Source: Nitrosopumilus sp. (GTDB taxonomy: Archaea; Thermoproteota; Nitrososphaeria; Nitrososphaerales; Nitrosopumilaceae). Taken from it: a stretch of DNA of 64,000 bases. This document shows positions 62,016 through 64,000 of this stretch, piece after piece (the stretch's first letter is position 1; each line of letters begins with the position of its first letter). Under the pieces are notes generated by a model that searched no databases, was not told the DNA's origin, and saw only the letters and a list, made by a program, of their open reading frames with translations. The translations under genes and the position numbers were made by a program. The stretch is from contig OZ245003.1 in the NCBI GenBank assembly GCA_965223425.1, forward strand, positions 1,120,001 to 1,184,000, in the 5' to 3' direction.

Positions 62016-62525
62016 TTGGACGTCGATTTTTCACTAGTAAGTAAACATCTCATTACCAACCTTACTCCTGTTGATACGTTTTCTTGTGTTGAGTCAGAAA
62101 TGGAACACTACATCAAACATGAAGCTTTGAATGATCAAAACAATATGCTTGGTAAAACAATGTGTTGGGTTTTAGACAAGAAGATTCTCTTGGGATTTAT
62201 TTCTCTTGCAACATATTCTATAGACAAAAAAGAAATGCCAGAGGATGGTCAGAGACCATATCGATATCAAACAATTCCTTCATTACTTATTGGACAATTT
62301 GCAGCTCACAAAGACTATTCCCACAACGGTTTAGGGGAAATGATGTTGAACTATGCTATCAAAACAGCTTATAATACTAGTATGGATGTGGGTTGTAGAT
62401 TAATTGCGTTACAGCCCCTAAATGAAAGAGCACAAAAATGGTATGAGGATAACACTGCTTTCAAACCTTTGACTAGAAAGTCTGGCAAAAAATCAATTTT
62501 ACATTTTAATTTGTTAAAAAAATAA
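62016..62525 (+). CDS. GNAT acetyltransferase, TacT/AtaT toxin-like
   Basis: FSCVESEMEHYIK, IPSLLIGQFAAHKDYSHNGLG, VGCRLI, A.KWYE. Confidence 0.88.
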   Translation: MDVDFSLVSKHLITNLTPVDTFSCVESEMEHYIKHEALNDQNNMLGKTMCWVLDKKILLGFISLATYSIDKKEMPEDGQRPYRYQTIPSLLIGQFAAHKDYSHNGLGEMMLNYAIKTAYNTSMDVGCRLIALQPLNERAQKWYEDNTAFKPLTRKSGKKSILHFNLLKK

Positions 62526-63334
62526 TTAATTCAAGGTTAATTCTTAACAAAATTATTTTTCATATGTAGTCAATATGCGCTAAACATATTTTGGTGTGCA
62601 AACCTGTCTGCATCCATTTTCATCCCCAAAATAATGGCTGAATTCATATGGATTTGAATCAAAAAGGAGTGTCATTTTGTAGATGAGGCCCAAAAACTAA
62701 CAGTCCCTGTGATTCTGTGACGGAGTAATTTTGAAGTACCTACTTTGAAGAGTATCAAACTAAAACAACAATTCCCTTTGAAGGACTAAATTTAATTTCG
62801 AATTTAACAATCTAAGTTGACTTGGATGATTTTTTACAAAACATTCTCATCTAGGTTCTGGTGATCCTTGACTGCTCAAAGTCTTTTGAATATGTCAATG
62901 GATTTCAGCGAAGAAATAGGCTAATGATTGTTTGGTAATGGCTGATCTAACTGAGGAATGTTCTCTTGTCCCAAACTCTACTGATGAACGCAGAGACGAG
63001 TCAGCATCTGAAGATACTAAACGCATTACTGAAATAACATCTGCTGCGATTACCAAATTAAAGAACAATCTGCAAACTGCTGTATGGTGTCAAATTTCCT
63101 TGCCGGACGTAATTTTTAAAAGACCAATTAACCAGACTGTTCTTTTGCATTTTTGCTCAATCTATAAATAGAATTCATATATGAAAAACTTGTGCCAGTT
63201 GATCCAGTTTGTGGAATTGAACTTGATGAGGACATAGCGCTACTCCATGAACATGATGGTAAAAAATTCTATTTTTGCTGCAATGGATGCAGGAGAATCT
63301 TCGTCAAAAAACCTCGTAAATATAAAAACAATGT

Positions 63335-64000
63335 TTAGATTGGAAAAGCCCCGCACATTCTACAAAATTTTGAATTTTTAACTTCGTGTTTGCAATAAGG
63401 GCAAGCATTTTCTGGGTTTTTATCTATGGGAGATCCAAATAACTCTCTAAAGATTTCATAGTAATGCATTGATTCCCTGCTCCTAATTACAACTCCGTCA
63501 TTTTTTTCAGTAGTGAGTTTTTTTTCAACATATTTTTCTTCCTCTATTAATGAATTGAACAAATTTGTTAGTCCCACGGTTCCTGCGCCTTCCTGCATCG
63601 GTGATTTTTCCCTCCACGCAATTTTTTGTGGAATGCATTTTTCAAACGTTTTCCGTAAAATCCATTTGCCGTGTCTTTTGCCACCTTCGTCTCGTACTTT
63701 TAGATCCACCGGAATTTCTTTGGCCAACTCTACTACTGCTTTGTTTAGAAAGGGCGATTCGACGTTTATCCCTAGCGCCTTTCCTATTTCCTGTGTGGGA
63801 AAGTGCATAACTGAGCAAATTCGTTTTATTTCTTCTTCTAGCTCTTTTTCTGGTTTGTTTGTTAGAAAATTATATCCTGCAAATATCTCATCTGCTCCAT
63901 CCCCCGTGATAATTGCTCTTTCATTATTTTCTTTTGCCCATTTTATTGCCAAATACATTACTACGTTGTTACGAATTTCAATATCGTTGAAATTTTTTAA
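63335..64000 (-). CDS. Asparagine synthase C-terminal-domain protein (partial; starts beyond the window)
   Basis: TGDGADEIFAGY, SPFL, KWILRK, WREK, C-terminal CPYC/CRMC. Confidence 0.9.
   Translation of the reverse strand, partial: LKNFNDIEIRNNVVMYLAIKWAKENNERAIITGDGADEIFAGYNFLTNKPEKELEEEIKRICSVMHFPTQEIGKALGINVESPFLNKAVVELAKEIPVDLKVRDEGGKRHGKWILRKTFEKCIPQKIAWREKSPMQEGAGTVGLTNLFNSLIEEEKYVEKKLTTEKNDGVVIRSRESMHYYEIFRELFGSPIDKNPENACPYCKHEVKNSKFCRMCGAFPI

Noticed and set aside
62932-63171. 79-aa ORF
   Set aside because: No motif or operon context; the region looks like degraded intergenic sequence

Overview
Archaeal DNA, almost certainly a Nitrosopumilaceae ammonia-oxidising archaeon (Thaumarchaeota/Nitrososphaeria). 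The AT-rich core genes are cysS, nadE, ahcY, metG, ilvC, the methylmalonyl-CoA mutase/MeaB/epimerase genes used in the 3HP/4HB cycle, ppdK, archaeal tpiA, family-B DNA polymerase, a Hef-like helicase and a UbiA prenyltransferase. The core is interrupted by many GC-richer insertion sequences and remnants (IS5, IS630, IS66, IS110, IS6-like, MITEs), several with readable terminal inverted repeats (TIRs) and target-site duplications (TSDs). This load and a 2325-aa multi-domain surface protein suggest a host-associated (e.g. sponge) lineage, which is inference only. The most unusual accessory loci are: (1) a coupled operon of a COMM-domain-like protein, a DUF5678-like protein and a retropepsin; (2) an island bounded by 89-bp inverted repeats carrying a SocA/Panacea-like+UPF0175 antitoxin, a doubly interrupted PIN toxin and a TGT-like protein; (3) a three-gene MazF-type module between inverted IS110 3' ends; (4) a GNAT toxin with a 47-aa unannotated antitoxin candidate; (5) the giant solute-binding/Cache/CFI-box protein with a small repeat array upstream. 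No rRNA, tRNA or true CRISPR array was recognised. All family calls are from motif recognition by eye, not database searches.
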